Made by a program: the position numbers and the translations under genes. Source: a candidate division WOR-3 bacterium (GTDB lineage: Bacteria; Hydrothermota; Tepidihabitantia; Tepidihabitantales; Tepidihabitantaceae). Taken from it: 46,368 bases of DNA. Under the pieces are notes generated by a model. The model was not told where the DNA came from. It did no database searches and saw nothing but the letters and a program-made list of their open reading frames with translations. Positions within the stretch are counted from its first letter, which is position 1. The number at the start of each line of letters is the position of its first letter. Of the stretch, positions 17,671 to 27,565 are shown piece by piece. The stretch lies in contig CBFGJX010000021.1 in assembly GCA_965649225.1 (NCBI GenBank), positions 1 to 46,368 of the forward strand, written 5' to 3'.

Positions 17671-18104
17671 CTCTGACTCCTTTCGTGCACTTACCATATC
17701 GGACGGACACCGATTATATCCGGTTGCCGCGCCGGCTGTCAAACCGGTTGCCCGATGCCACCCGCCCCGGACGTTACTGTTCGTCGTCACTGTCCTCAAC
17801 CCGCCTGCCGCTCCGACACAACTGCTGCCGTTCACCCGGCCTGACGCCAGAAACCAGGCCGCCGTCCCCACCGTCCGGTAACGAACCCTGACCGGACCGG
17901 ACATTTCGGTAACACCTTGCCCAATCGTGGGTTAACCCCGGCCTGCGACCATTCCGCGTCAGCGCCCGGGACTTGCTTCGCCCGCCTCGCCCCCGAACGC
18001 GACGAGCACCCGGTCGTGCTGTACTGCGCCAGCGAACCAGAGCCGACAGAGATTCACGGCGAGGCACTCAGCCCCGCCACACCTTTTCCTCTCTGTCCCG
18101 GCCG

Positions 18105-18578
18105 CTACCGGTCCTCGGTCGGCGGCGACTGCTCGGTTGCAGCCGGTGGCGCCGGCGCCACCGGCCCGGGCGCGGGCTCGTTTTCGGCGGGCGGTGCAGT
18201 CGGACGGACAATCTGCTTGGCCTCGTTGACCTTCTGAAGCGTTGCCTTCAAAGCACTGCCGACCGCGGCGGCGCCGGCCGAACCCTGCGGCGCACGGGCC
18301 AGTCGCAACTGCAACTCGGCCAGGTCGTGCTGAATCTCCAGCAACGCGTCGCTCATCCGGTCGAGCTTCTCCTCGGCACGGGCCTGAGCCTGCTCGGCCC
18401 GCTCGGCCCGGCGCCGTTCGACCTCGCCCGCCTGCCGGATCAAAAGCGCCGAACCGCCGCCGCTGAGGATGATGAGGATGGTTGTGACCAGCCGCACCGC
18501 CTTGCCGGGCAGATTGAGCAGCTTCAGTGCGCCCAGTATTGCCGTTGCCGCCGGAACTGCATACCGAAAAAACTCCAC
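18105..18578 (-). CDS. Hypothetical membrane protein with coiled coil
   Basis: Two hydrophobic segments, then a heptad-rich region and Pro-rich tail. GTG after GGAGG; TTGACA-N16-TACACT upstream. Confidence 0.6.
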   Translation of the reverse strand: MEFFRYAVPAATAILGALKLLNLPGKAVRLVTTILIILSGGGSALLIRQAGEVERRRAERAEQAQARAEEKLDRMSDALLEIQHDLAELQLRLARAPQGSAGAAAVGSALKATLQKVNEAKQIVRPTAPPAENEPAPGPVAPAPPAATEQSPPTEDR

Positions 18579-18662
18579 GATGTCCTCCCGGTCAGACCGG
18601 TTTGGCGCAGTGTAGGCCGGCCCGGCCACCTGTCAATCCGGACCGGTTCCGGCCGCGACGGG

Positions 18663-20474
18663 CTAGAGTTTTTCCAGTTCTTCTTTGACGAGCTGGCGTC
18701 GGTAGAGCTGCCAGTACAGGCCGCGCCGGGCGAGCAGGTCGGCGTGGCTGCCCTCTTCCTTGACTTCACCCGCATCCAGCACATAGATGTAGTCGCACTC
18801 GGCCAGCACCGACAACCGGTGCGAAACAATGATCACCGCGCTGTCTTTCAGGCCGGTGACGAGGTGGGCAATCAGGTTGCGCTCGGTCTCGGCATCCAGT
18901 GCCGAGGTGGCGTCGTCCAGCACCACCACCGCCGGCCGGTGGACCAGCGCCCGGGCAATCGCCACCCGCTCGCGCTGACCGCCCGACAACCGCGTGCCCC
19001 GCTCGCCCAGCATCTCGTCCAGCCCCTTTTCAAACCCGGCAACTTCCTCGGTGAGCTCGGCCGCCTGTGCCGCCGCGGCGACGCGCTGTTCGTCCAGCCC
19101 CTCGCGGCCGAAAATGATGTTGTTGCGGACCGTGTCCGAGAACAGCATCGGCTCCTGCGGCGCATAGCCGAACAGCGCCCGGTAGGCGGCAAGGTCGAGC
19201 GTGCGGATGTCGCTGCCCGAAAGCGTGATGCGGCCTGCCTGTGGGTCGGCAAGCCGGAAGAGCAGGCGCAACAGCGTGCTTTTGCCCGAGCCGACTGTGC
19301 CGGCGATGCCGATGCGCCGGCCAGGCGGAAAGCTCATCGTGACATTCTTCAGTACCGGCCGCGTGTCGTAGGCGAAGGTGACGTTTTCCAGCCGCAGTTC
19401 GCCTTTCTCGGGCGGCCGGGGGTCGTGCGGTGGTTCGACTTCCAGCGGGTGATGCTTGAGGTTCTCGATTCTTCCGGCCGCACCCTGGGCGCGCCGGCCG
19501 GCGACAAAAAGGTTGCCGATGTCAAACATCGGGCCGACCAGCATCAGCACGTAGGCGTTGAACGCAACAAATTCCCCCAGGGTCAGCGCCTTGCCGATGA
19601 CCTGTATCCCGCCGACCCAGAGAATCAGCAGTGCCAGCAACTCGGCGCTGCTGCCGTAAAGCAGCCGGATGCGCATCTCCAGCGCCGCCTCGCCCACCGC
19701 GGTGCTGACCCGGGCGTCGAGCGCCGAGCGGAACCGCGCCGCAATCCGGTCTTCCATCACATAGGCCTTGACCAGCCGGATACCGGTGAACGCCGCCTGA
19801 AGCTGGTTGTTGATGTCGGCAATCTGCTCGCGCCAGCGCACAAACAGCCGGTACACCCGCGGCCCCAGCCGGGTCCAGGCAAACATCATCGCCAGCGCCG
19901 GCACGACCGTGACAACGGTCAAGAGGACATTCATCCGCAGCATTATCACCAGCGCAAACAGTGCCGACAGCGCCGCGGCCAGGAATCGGAACAACCCCGA
20001 ACAGGCAAACCACGACAACTCGCCCAGGTCGTGGTCAAGCCGTTCCATCACGTCGCCGGTCGGGAACTCGGCCGCAAACCGGTGGCCGGTGTCGAGCACG
20101 CGTCGGAAAACGGTGTTGCGCACCGACCACTGATAGCGCTCGTTCAGCCGGCCGCGCACAAACGGCAGCAGCACATTGCCGACCGCGCGCAACAGCCCGA
20201 ACCCGACCAGCACAAGCACATAGCGCACCAGTACCGCCGCCGACAGCCGCGCGCTGATGCCGTCAATGATCAGCCGCAGGATGTAGGGGTAAGCGACAGC
20301 GATGGCCGTGGCGACAATCGTCAGGACAATCAGCCCGACCACCCAGCCCGGGTGCTCGCGCCAGAAATCAAACACCAGCTTCAGGCCGAACTGGGGCCGT
20401 TTCCCACTCATCCGGTCCGGCCCGCCATTCCGGTCTTTATCCTCCGAGGGTTGACCCTTGGCTTCGCCCGCCAC
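18663..20474 (-). CDS. ABC exporter, TMD+NBD half-transporter (degenerate-site subunit)
   Basis: Walker A GTVGSGKST, signature LSGGQ, Walker B VVVLDDATSALD with Asp in place of the catalytic Glu. Confidence 0.9.
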   Translation of the reverse strand: MAGEAKGQPSEDKDRNGGPDRMSGKRPQFGLKLVFDFWREHPGWVVGLIVLTIVATAIAVAYPYILRLIIDGISARLSAAVLVRYVLVLVGFGLLRAVGNVLLPFVRGRLNERYQWSVRNTVFRRVLDTGHRFAAEFPTGDVMERLDHDLGELSWFACSGLFRFLAAALSALFALVIMLRMNVLLTVVTVVPALAMMFAWTRLGPRVYRLFVRWREQIADINNQLQAAFTGIRLVKAYVMEDRIAARFRSALDARVSTAVGEAALEMRIRLLYGSSAELLALLILWVGGIQVIGKALTLGEFVAFNAYVLMLVGPMFDIGNLFVAGRRAQGAAGRIENLKHHPLEVEPPHDPRPPEKGELRLENVTFAYDTRPVLKNVTMSFPPGRRIGIAGTVGSGKSTLLRLLFRLADPQAGRITLSGSDIRTLDLAAYRALFGYAPQEPMLFSDTVRNNIIFGREGLDEQRVAAAAQAAELTEEVAGFEKGLDEMLGERGTRLSGGQRERVAIARALVHRPAVVVLDDATSALDAETERNLIAHLVTGLKDSAVIIVSHRLSVLAECDYIYVLDAGEVKEEGSHADLLARRGLYWQLYRRQLVKEELEKL

Positions 20475-22318
20475 TAGCCCTGCCCCCCGACATACTGCAG
20501 TTCGTACAGCCGAGCATAGATGCCGCCCCGAGCCAGAAGCTCATCGTGCGTCCCCTGTTCGGCGATGCGGCCCTTGTGCACTACCACGACCCGGTCGGCC
20601 AGCCGAATGGTGGCCAGCCGGTGGGCGACGATGACCGCAGTGCGACCCCGCAGCAGTTCCTCCAGGCCGACCTGAATCAGCGCCTCGGTACGCGGGTCAA
20701 CTGACGAAGTGGCTTCGTCCAGAATCAGGATTTCCGGATTGCGCACCAGCGCCCGGGCGAACGCCAGCAACTGCCGCTCGCCCAGCGAGAAGTTCGCCCC
20801 GTCTTCGGTCAGCACCGTGTCGTAGCCCTGCTCAAAGCGCATGATTGCGTCGTGCACCCGGCAGCGCTGGGCGGCCGCCACCACCGATTCGGCCGGAATT
20901 GTCTCGTCCAGCATCCGCAGGTTGTCCAGTACCGTGCCGGGAAACATCACCACCTCCTGCGGCACAAACCCCACCGCGCGGCGCAGCGACTTGCGCCCGA
21001 GCGCGCCGATTTCAACGTCGTCGTAAAGAATCCGGCCTCGCTGGTGCCGGTAAAACTTCAAAAGCAGACTGACGATCGAGCTCTTGCCGCCGCCGGTTTC
21101 GCCCACCAGCGCCACCTTCTCGCCCCGGCGGATGACGAGATTGATGGCATGCAGCACGAAGTTCTCGCCGTCGTAGGCAAAATCCACATCCGCCATCGTG
21201 ATTGCCCGCCTGAGCTCCAGCCGGCCCTCGTCGTCTTTGCCTTTGCCGTTTGGCTTTTGACCTTTGACTTTTGACTTGTGACTTGTGCCTTCGTCCTCAG
21301 CCTCTTCCGGTTTCTGGTCCAGTATCCCTGCTGCCCGCTCGGCGGCGGCGAACGCCCGCTGCATCATGTTGAGCTGGTCCGAGATCATCCGCAGCGGCCC
21401 GAACAGCCGGGTGATGTAGGTGATAAAAAGCACCAGCGTGCCGACCGTCAACTGCCCCCGCATCGCCCAGACCCCGCCCACGCCCAGCACCAGCCCGATG
21501 CCGGCAATCTCGCCAAAGTCGACCAGCAGCCAGACAACACTCCACAGTCCGAACGCCCGCATCTCCTGCTGGTACTTCTGCCGGTTGAGCTCATCCATCC
21601 GGCGGGCGATGCGCTCCTGCTGACTGAACACCTGAATCACCGGCAACCCGCGCAGACTCTCGCTCACCAGATTGTTGATTTCGGCTACCGTCCGCCGCAC
21701 CGCCAGGTACAGCGGCCGCACACGGGCGAGGATGAACCGGATGATGAAAACGAACGGCGGCACCAGCGCCAGCACGATCAGATACAACCGCCAGTCCACC
21801 ACCGCCATGATCACGCTCATCCCGACCAGCATCAGCGCGCCCTGCAGCAGCGTCACCGTTGTCTCGGTGAACAGCATCTTCAGCGCTTCGGTATCGCTCT
21901 CCACCCGCGACATCAGCCGGCCGGCTGGCGTGCCGTCGAAAAACCGCATCGGCAGCCGGAGCACGTGGGCGAACAGCGCCTGCTTCAGATTCGCCGCACC
22001 CGCCTCGCCCACCTGCACCAGCCAAACCCCCTGCAGATAGCGGGCAAGAATAATCACTGCCTGAGTCGCCAGATAGACCAGCGAAGTCAGGGCCAGACCA
22101 CGCAGGTCGCCCCGGGGAATGTTGACATCGATTGCGCGCTTGATCAGCACCGGGCCGAAAAGCCCCAGTCCGGTACCCAGCAGCAGCAGAACTCCCGCCG
22201 CCACAATCCGGCCGAGGAAGGGCCGGAAAAACGGCCACAGCCGGGCGACATCGGCCCGGGCCCGGCCGGAAGGACGTGCCTCCTCGGCCAAGAGGTCAAA
22301 ATCGCTGCCGTGAAACAT
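20474..22318 (-). CDS. ABC exporter, TMD+NBD half-transporter (partner subunit)
   Basis: Walker A GETGGGKSS, FSLGERQ, ILILDEATSSVD, AHRL. Forms an MdlAB/TmrAB-type heterodimer with the neighbour. Confidence 0.9.
   Translation of the reverse strand: MFHGSDFDLLAEEARPSGRARADVARLWPFFRPFLGRIVAAGVLLLLGTGLGLFGPVLIKRAIDVNIPRGDLRGLALTSLVYLATQAVIILARYLQGVWLVQVGEAGAANLKQALFAHVLRLPMRFFDGTPAGRLMSRVESDTEALKMLFTETTVTLLQGALMLVGMSVIMAVVDWRLYLIVLALVPPFVFIIRFILARVRPLYLAVRRTVAEINNLVSESLRGLPVIQVFSQQERIARRMDELNRQKYQQEMRAFGLWSVVWLLVDFGEIAGIGLVLGVGGVWAMRGQLTVGTLVLFITYITRLFGPLRMISDQLNMMQRAFAAAERAAGILDQKPEEAEDEGTSHKSKVKGQKPNGKGKDDEGRLELRRAITMADVDFAYDGENFVLHAINLVIRRGEKVALVGETGGGKSSIVSLLLKFYRHQRGRILYDDVEIGALGRKSLRRAVGFVPQEVVMFPGTVLDNLRMLDETIPAESVVAAAQRCRVHDAIMRFEQGYDTVLTEDGANFSLGERQLLAFARALVRNPEILILDEATSSVDPRTEALIQVGLEELLRGRTAVIVAHRLATIRLADRVVVVHKGRIAEQGTHDELLARGGIYARLYELQYVGGQG
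21235..21290. repeat. Heptamer tandem repeat (CYTTTGN family) inside the ABC gene
   Basis: CGTTTGG CTTTTGA CCTTTGA CTTTTGA CTTGTGA CTTGTGC; translated as GTSHKSKVKGQKPNGKGK. Confidence 0.75.
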
Positions 22319-22360
22319 TGGACTGCGCGCTACCGGCCCCCGGCCGGCAAACGCTGCTCC

Positions 22361-22798
22361 CTATCCCTCCGTCCCGCCCCCGGTCGCCAGCTCATACAGC
22401 CGGTCGCGGAACGCGACATAGCGCACCAGCTCGCCCATCTCAAACACGATATGCGGCCGCAGCAGATAAGCCGCCTCCTCCGGCAGCCGCCAGTCGCCGG
22501 AAAAATTCAGCCGCGGTACACCCTCCAGCGAAAAGCCGGCGAGGAAACCATCGTCGGCCAGCCGCTCGTAGGGATAATACTGCACGCTGAACCGGCGCAC
22601 CGGGTCGTGATAAAGAAAATCAATGTCCAGCAGCGACTCATAGCGGCACTTCGGACACCGGAAAACATTCACTGTCCCGGCCAGCAGCAGCTTCTTGGCC
22701 TCCGGGTCCTCGCCGACGTTCATCGACCGCCACACCTCTGCCGGCGACAGCTCACCGCACGCCGGACACCGCGCCTCGACCTGTTCCTTCACCGACAC
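22361..22798 (-). CDS. CpXC domain-containing protein
   Basis: 'CPACG...VWRSMNV..DP..K..LL.G....F.CPKC......FLYHD' pattern; GTG after GGAGG. Confidence 0.8.
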   Translation of the reverse strand: MSVKEQVEARCPACGELSPAEVWRSMNVGEDPEAKKLLLAGTVNVFRCPKCRYESLLDIDFLYHDPVRRFSVQYYPYERLADDGFLAGFSLEGVPRLNFSGDWRLPEEAAYLLRPHIVFEMGELVRYVAFRDRLYELATGGGTEG

Positions 22799-22800
22799 TG

Positions 22801-23682
22801 TTATCCTCCTGCCCGCCCCCGCCGCCAGCGCAGAGCGAGTTTTACGGTCAGTATCCGTTCGCTGGAAAAAATCCGGGCCGCCAGCGCGATGCACCCGGCG
22901 GCAAACAGCACCATGTAGCCGTAGCCGGCAAACACCATACCCCAGTTGCCGAAAAACACCGCCTTCGGCGTGAGAAACGGATACGAAAACGGCAGCGCAT
23001 AGAGCGCCAGCCGCACCGGCAGCGATACCGTACTGATATCAAACAGCATCGAGAAAAAATACGGCACCATCACCAGCATCATCAGCGGCGTCACCGAAAC
23101 CTGGGCGCTCTTGGCATCGTCGGCAAACACTGCCAGCAGCGTCGCCAGCGCCAGCGCGCACACGACCGCGAGGAACAGCGCCACGCCGACCGCGATGTAC
23201 GAGATCAGGTTCAGCCCGATGCCCAGCCCCTGCATCAGCGCCCGCGCCAGGAGCAGCCGGCGCGCCATCCCCTTGCTGTAAGTCTTCACCTTGTCCGCCA
23301 GCCGTGCGCCCAGCCCCGATATTTCCTGACCGTATGCCACCATCGCATCGCGCTCGCGGCGGTCGCGGGTGTAAAAAGTCGCCATGAACCGCAGATAATC
23401 CCACCCGGACAGATTCCGGTACGCCCCGGCATCCTCAGGCAGATAACTGATCAAACGGCGCACTGCCTCCGGTTCGCGCGCAACATCATGGCCCAGCACG
23501 GTCACGCTGCCCGCGGTCGGCCTGAGCAGCGTCGCGACGATCCGCAGCGTCGTGGTCTTGCCCGAACCGTTCGGCCCGATCAGCCCGAAAATCTCGCCCG
23601 GCTGGATATCGAACGAAATTCCGTCCAGCGCCCGCCGCTGGCCGAAAACGCGCACCAGCCCGCGCACCGAACACGCGCTCAC
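22801..23682 (-). pseudogene. In-frame chimera of a truncated NatA-like ABC ATPase N-terminus and an ABC-2/NatB-like permease C-terminus
   Basis: Walker A GPNGSGKTT and signature YSKGMARR are present, but after 'LARALM' the frame switches to TM helices. No Walker B, D-loop or H-loop. Confidence 0.7.
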
Positions 23683-25121
23683 TGCACCACCAGTCGGGCC
23701 GCGCCCGCCGCCCCGCAAACAAAATACACCCCGGCCGGCAGACCCGAAATATCCAGCTCGGTGCAACCATCGCCCGGTCGGCGCACCGGGCAGAAAACCG
23801 GCCGACCCAGCCCGTCACGCACCCCCGTCAGCCCCGGCATCTTCACCATCACCACGCCCCGGGCCGGCACCGGCCACACCCGCGCGGCACAAAGCCCCGG
23901 CCCGCCCCGGTCGGCCAGCCCTGCTCCGCCCGGATAACCCCGCCGGTAAAACACATCGTAATCCGCCTGCGGCGCCGACTGCCAGACCAGATGCAGCCGG
24001 CCATCCCCACCCGCAACCAGCCCCGGGCAATCCGAACTCCCCAGCCCGACCGGACTCAGTCGCACCGGCGCCGACCAGCCGCCGGCAGTGTCGCGCACTG
24101 CAAACTGCACCCCGCGCACACCCGGCGCCGACTCGTCCGCTGCACACCACGCCACAAACACCTCGCCCCCCGCTCCGGCCGCAACCGTTGCCCGCTGCTG
24201 ATTGAACTCACCGGCCCCATCAATCACCACCGGCGCACCCCAGCCCCCGGTCACCCGCCGGCACCAGAAGACCCGGCGCCAGACATCACCCCGACGCGCA
24301 CCCGACGAAACCGCATGCACCACCCCGCCCGGCCCCACTGCCGCGGCCGGCTCGTCCTGGTCCAGCTCGCGCGCCGCGCTCGGCACCAGCTCCACCGAAT
24401 CCCACACGCCGCCAACTCGGCGCCGGCAACAAATCTGTCGGCTCAGCAGACCAAAATCCTGCCCCGACCACAACACCGTCACCCCGTTTGCGCTGTCAAC
24501 GACCACCGAAACCGCGCGGCGGTCCCGGCCATCACCACCGGCCAGCATCATCACCTCGCGCCAGCCGCTGTCCGGCCGCAGCTCAAGATAAAAAACCCCC
24601 TGCCCCAGCCCCGAATCCGGCTCGCCGGAAAAAACCACGTGCAGCTCCCGGCCGCCGGGCCGGCAGTCCACCACCGGCCAGCGGCGCAGAAACGACGACC
24701 GCGCCGGGACCAGCAGCGTTTCGGCCTGCCAGCCGTGGACTGCATCGCGCCGCCGGTACCACACTCCCTGCTCGGGAAAAACTTCGCAGTGCCAGACCAG
24801 ATGCACCTCTCCCGCCGCATCAACCGCCAGTCCCGGCCGGTTGCAGTCCACCGACCGGGAAGACACCACGCTCTCGGCCAGCCACATCCCGCGGGCGGCA
24901 TCATAGCGCCGGTAATAGACCTGTGCCGGCACTCTGCGCCGGTCGAGCCAGGCGACGTGAACACTGCCATCCGGCCCCGCCGCGACACTGCGCTGAAAAC
25001 TCCAGCCGGACAACTGCTGAGCCGGGTCGGCCACGACCCTCTCCACCGAATCCCATTCCACCGGCGTCGGGTGCGGGGCAGAGACCAGCAGGCCCAGAAA
25101 AAGCGCCCAGGGACAGCTCAC
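23679..25121 (-). CDS. Secreted beta-propeller (BNR/sialidase-like repeat) protein with T9SS-like C-terminal domain
   Basis: Signal peptide; repeated 'P.LAVD..G.VHLVW....VYYRR....W' units; C-terminal 'VWPVPARG...DGLGRPV...LDISGLPAGVYFV'. Confidence 0.75.
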   Translation of the reverse strand: MSCPWALFLGLLVSAPHPTPVEWDSVERVVADPAQQLSGWSFQRSVAAGPDGSVHVAWLDRRRVPAQVYYRRYDAARGMWLAESVVSSRSVDCNRPGLAVDAAGEVHLVWHCEVFPEQGVWYRRRDAVHGWQAETLLVPARSSFLRRWPVVDCRPGGRELHVVFSGEPDSGLGQGVFYLELRPDSGWREVMMLAGGDGRDRRAVSVVVDSANGVTVLWSGQDFGLLSRQICCRRRVGGVWDSVELVPSAARELDQDEPAAAVGPGGVVHAVSSGARRGDVWRRVFWCRRVTGGWGAPVVIDGAGEFNQQRATVAAGAGGEVFVAWCAADESAPGVRGVQFAVRDTAGGWSAPVRLSPVGLGSSDCPGLVAGGDGRLHLVWQSAPQADYDVFYRRGYPGGAGLADRGGPGLCAARVWPVPARGVVMVKMPGLTGVRDGLGRPVFCPVRRPGDGCTELDISGLPAGVYFVCGAAGAARLVVQ

Positions 25122-25126
25122 GCATC

Positions 25127-25155
25127 AAACTAGAACCCGCAGCCCTCCCTGTCAA
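25127..25155 (-). promoter_or_regulatory. sigma70-type promoter, probably leaderless
   Basis: TTGACA-N17-TAGTTT, ending 5 nt before GTG 25121. Confidence 0.55.
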
Positions 25156-25201
25156 CCCAACGATTGACCGGCCGAAGCAACCGGCTACTCTTTACACCAC
25201 A

Positions 25202-26014
25202 ATGACGACAGCGACAATGCGCCGGCTCACGCTCGGCACACTGGCAATCACCCTTGCCGCGGCAGGCTGCCACCAGCCCGACCGCAGCCGGATACCGGTA
25301 ATCGCCTCGACGGCCCTGATTACCGCAATCGTCCAGCGGCTTGGCGGCGAAAACTTCGCGGTCCACACCATCGCCCCGGCCGGCCTCTGCCCCGGCCACC
25401 TCGACCTCAGACCGACCGACATCATCGCCGCCAACCAGGCCCGGCTGATACTCAACCACGGCTGGGAAGAGTGGTATCCCCGGCTGGTCGAATCAATCGA
25501 CAATATCCACGTCCGGCGCATCACACTGCGCACGGAGGGCAACTGGATGGTGCCGACGGTGCAGTCGGCCGCGGCCGCCGAAATCGCCGCGATACTCGGC
25601 GAACTCGCGCCCCGGCAGGCCGACAGCATCAACCAGCGCCTGGCCCGTTACCAGCAGAGCGTTGACTCGGCGGCGGCGGCGGCCCGGGCCCGGCTGGAAA
25701 ACCGCCCCCTGCCGCCGGCAATCTGCTCCCGCCATCAGGCTCCGCTGCTGACCTGGTTCGGCTTCCGCGTCGTCGCCACCTACGGCCGGGCCGAAGAGTT
25801 CACCGGCGCCGAACTCACCCGGCTCGCCCGCACCGCGATTGACTCCGGGGTCGGCATCATCGTCGACAACCTCCAGTCCGGACCCGATGCCGGCCGGGTA
25901 CTGGCAGAAGAACTCGGCATTCCCCACGTCACCCTGACAAACTTTCCGCTTCAGGGCGACTACGGCCAGGCGCTGCTGGCCAACGCCGCGGCGCTGGCAC
26001 AGGTTCTGCCTTGA
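25202..26014 (+). CDS. Metal (Zn/Mn) ABC transporter substrate-binding lipoprotein (ZnuA/TroA-like)
   Basis: Lipobox AAGC; 'VIAST..I..IVQRLGGE', 'PAGLCPGHLDLRPTD...ARLILNHG.E'; first gene of the metal ABC operon. Confidence 0.8.
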   Translation: MTTATMRRLTLGTLAITLAAAGCHQPDRSRIPVIASTALITAIVQRLGGENFAVHTIAPAGLCPGHLDLRPTDIIAANQARLILNHGWEEWYPRLVESIDNIHVRRITLRTEGNWMVPTVQSAAAAEIAAILGELAPRQADSINQRLARYQQSVDSAAAAARARLENRPLPPAICSRHQAPLLTWFGFRVVATYGRAEEFTGAELTRLARTAIDSGVGIIVDNLQSGPDAGRVLAEELGIPHVTLTNFPLQGDYGQALLANAAALAQVLP

Positions 26015-26742
26015 CCAGCGCGGTCGAACTGCGCGATGTGACGGTCGTCCGCCGCAACGTGGCGGTACTGCGGGGCATCACGCTTGACTTTTCTTGCGGC
26101 GACTTTGTCGGCATCCTCGGCCCCAACGGCGCGGGCAAGACTACCCTGCTCTCGGTCATCAACGGACTGGTTTCGGTTCGTTCCGGCACGGTGCGGGTGC
26201 TGGGCGAAGTGCTCTCCCCGACCGGCGCACACCGCCTGCGCCGCCGGATCGGCTATGTCCCTCAACTCCAGCGGCTCGACCCGCGGGCGCCGGTCTCCTG
26301 CCGGGAAGCGGTGGCCATCGGCCGCTGTGGCCGGGCCGGACTGCTGCGCCGGCTCGGTCCGGCCGACCATGCCGCGGTCGAACGGGCGCTCGGGCTGGCC
26401 GGTATCACCCATCTGGCCGACCGGCCGGTCGGCCGGGTGTCGGGCGGCGAGGCCCAGAAAGTCGCCATCGCCCGCGCCCTGGCCCAGGAGCCGGAGATTC
26501 TGCTGCTCGACGAGCCGACCGCCAGCCTCGACCGCAATGCCGTGAAAGAAATCCTGGCGCTGGTGTCGGCGGCCTGGCGTGACCTGAAGCTCACCGTCGC
26601 CCTGGTCACCCATCAGCCCGAGCGACTGCCCGGGGACTGCAACCGGGTGGTGCTGCTGCGGTCGGGGCAGGTGAATTTTTTCGGCCCGCGCGGCGCGGCG
26701 CTGTCGCCGGCGCGGCTGGCCGATGTTTACGGCGATGGCTGA
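26011..26742 (+). CDS. Metal ABC transporter ATP-binding protein (ZnuC-like)
   Basis: GPNGAGKTT, IGYVPQ, VSGGEAQK, LLLDEPT, VTH. Confidence 0.9.
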   Translation: MTSAVELRDVTVVRRNVAVLRGITLDFSCGDFVGILGPNGAGKTTLLSVINGLVSVRSGTVRVLGEVLSPTGAHRLRRRIGYVPQLQRLDPRAPVSCREAVAIGRCGRAGLLRRLGPADHAAVERALGLAGITHLADRPVGRVSGGEAQKVAIARALAQEPEILLLDEPTASLDRNAVKEILALVSAAWRDLKLTVALVTHQPERLPGDCNRVVLLRSGQVNFFGPRGAALSPARLADVYGDG

Positions 26743-27550
26743 GCGGGTACTGGCCGGACTGATGCTGCGGCCGGTGCTGGCCGCGGTGCTGGGCGGAGCG
26801 GTGTGCGGCGTGGTCGGGGTCTGGGTGACGCTGTTGAACATTCCGTTCGTCGGCGTGGCCCTGTCGCACGCGGCGTTTGCCGGCGCGGTGCTGGGCCTGC
26901 TGTTGGGAGTGAATCCGCTGCTGACCGCGATACTGGCCAGTCTTGCCGCCGCCCTGTTCATCGGCCCGGTGGCCGAGCGCGCCGACGTCGAGCCGGGGGT
27001 GTCGCTGGGGATTGTCTTTTCGCTGGTGCTGGGACTGGCGTTTCTCGGGCTGGGGTTTCTGCCCGGGCCGCGCAGTGAGGCGCTGCGCTATGTCTGGGGC
27101 TCGATCCTGCTGGTGCGCTGGAGCGATGTCGCGCTGATTGCCGCCGCCACCGGGCTGGTGCTGGGGTTTCTCGCGCTTTTCGACAAGGAGATCACTGCCG
27201 TGCTGTTCAGCCGCGAGATTGCCCGGGCGGTGGGGGTGCGCGAGCGGCTGGTGCTTTTTCTGATGCTGGCGTGCTGCGGGCTGGCGGTGACCGCGAATCT
27301 CAATACCATCGGCGGCCTGCTGGTGTTCAGCCTGATTGTCAATCCGCCTTCGGCCGCGGCGCAGTTGACCTGGCGACTGCGAAAACGCTATCTGCTTTCG
27401 GCGCTGTTCGGCGTGATTTCGTGTCTGGTCGGGCTGGTGGTATCGTGGCTGACCGATGCGCCGTCCGGCGCGGTAATCGTAATCTGCTCCAGCCTGATTT
27501 TCGGCCTGACGCTGCTGTTCTCGCCCCGCCACCGCGCCGGCGGGATGTAG
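26735..27550 (+). CDS. Metal ABC transporter permease (ZnuB-like)
   Basis: 'ALSHAAFAG', 'YVWGSIL', 'IGGLLVFSLIVNP', 'DAPSGAVIV' ABC-3 permease motifs. Confidence 0.9.
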   Translation: MAERVLAGLMLRPVLAAVLGGAVCGVVGVWVTLLNIPFVGVALSHAAFAGAVLGLLLGVNPLLTAILASLAAALFIGPVAERADVEPGVSLGIVFSLVLGLAFLGLGFLPGPRSEALRYVWGSILLVRWSDVALIAAATGLVLGFLALFDKEITAVLFSREIARAVGVRERLVLFLMLACCGLAVTANLNTIGGLLVFSLIVNPPSAAAQLTWRLRKRYLLSALFGVISCLVGLVVSWLTDAPSGAVIVICSSLIFGLTLLFSPRHRAGGM

Positions 27551-27565
27551 GCAAGTCCGGCGGCG

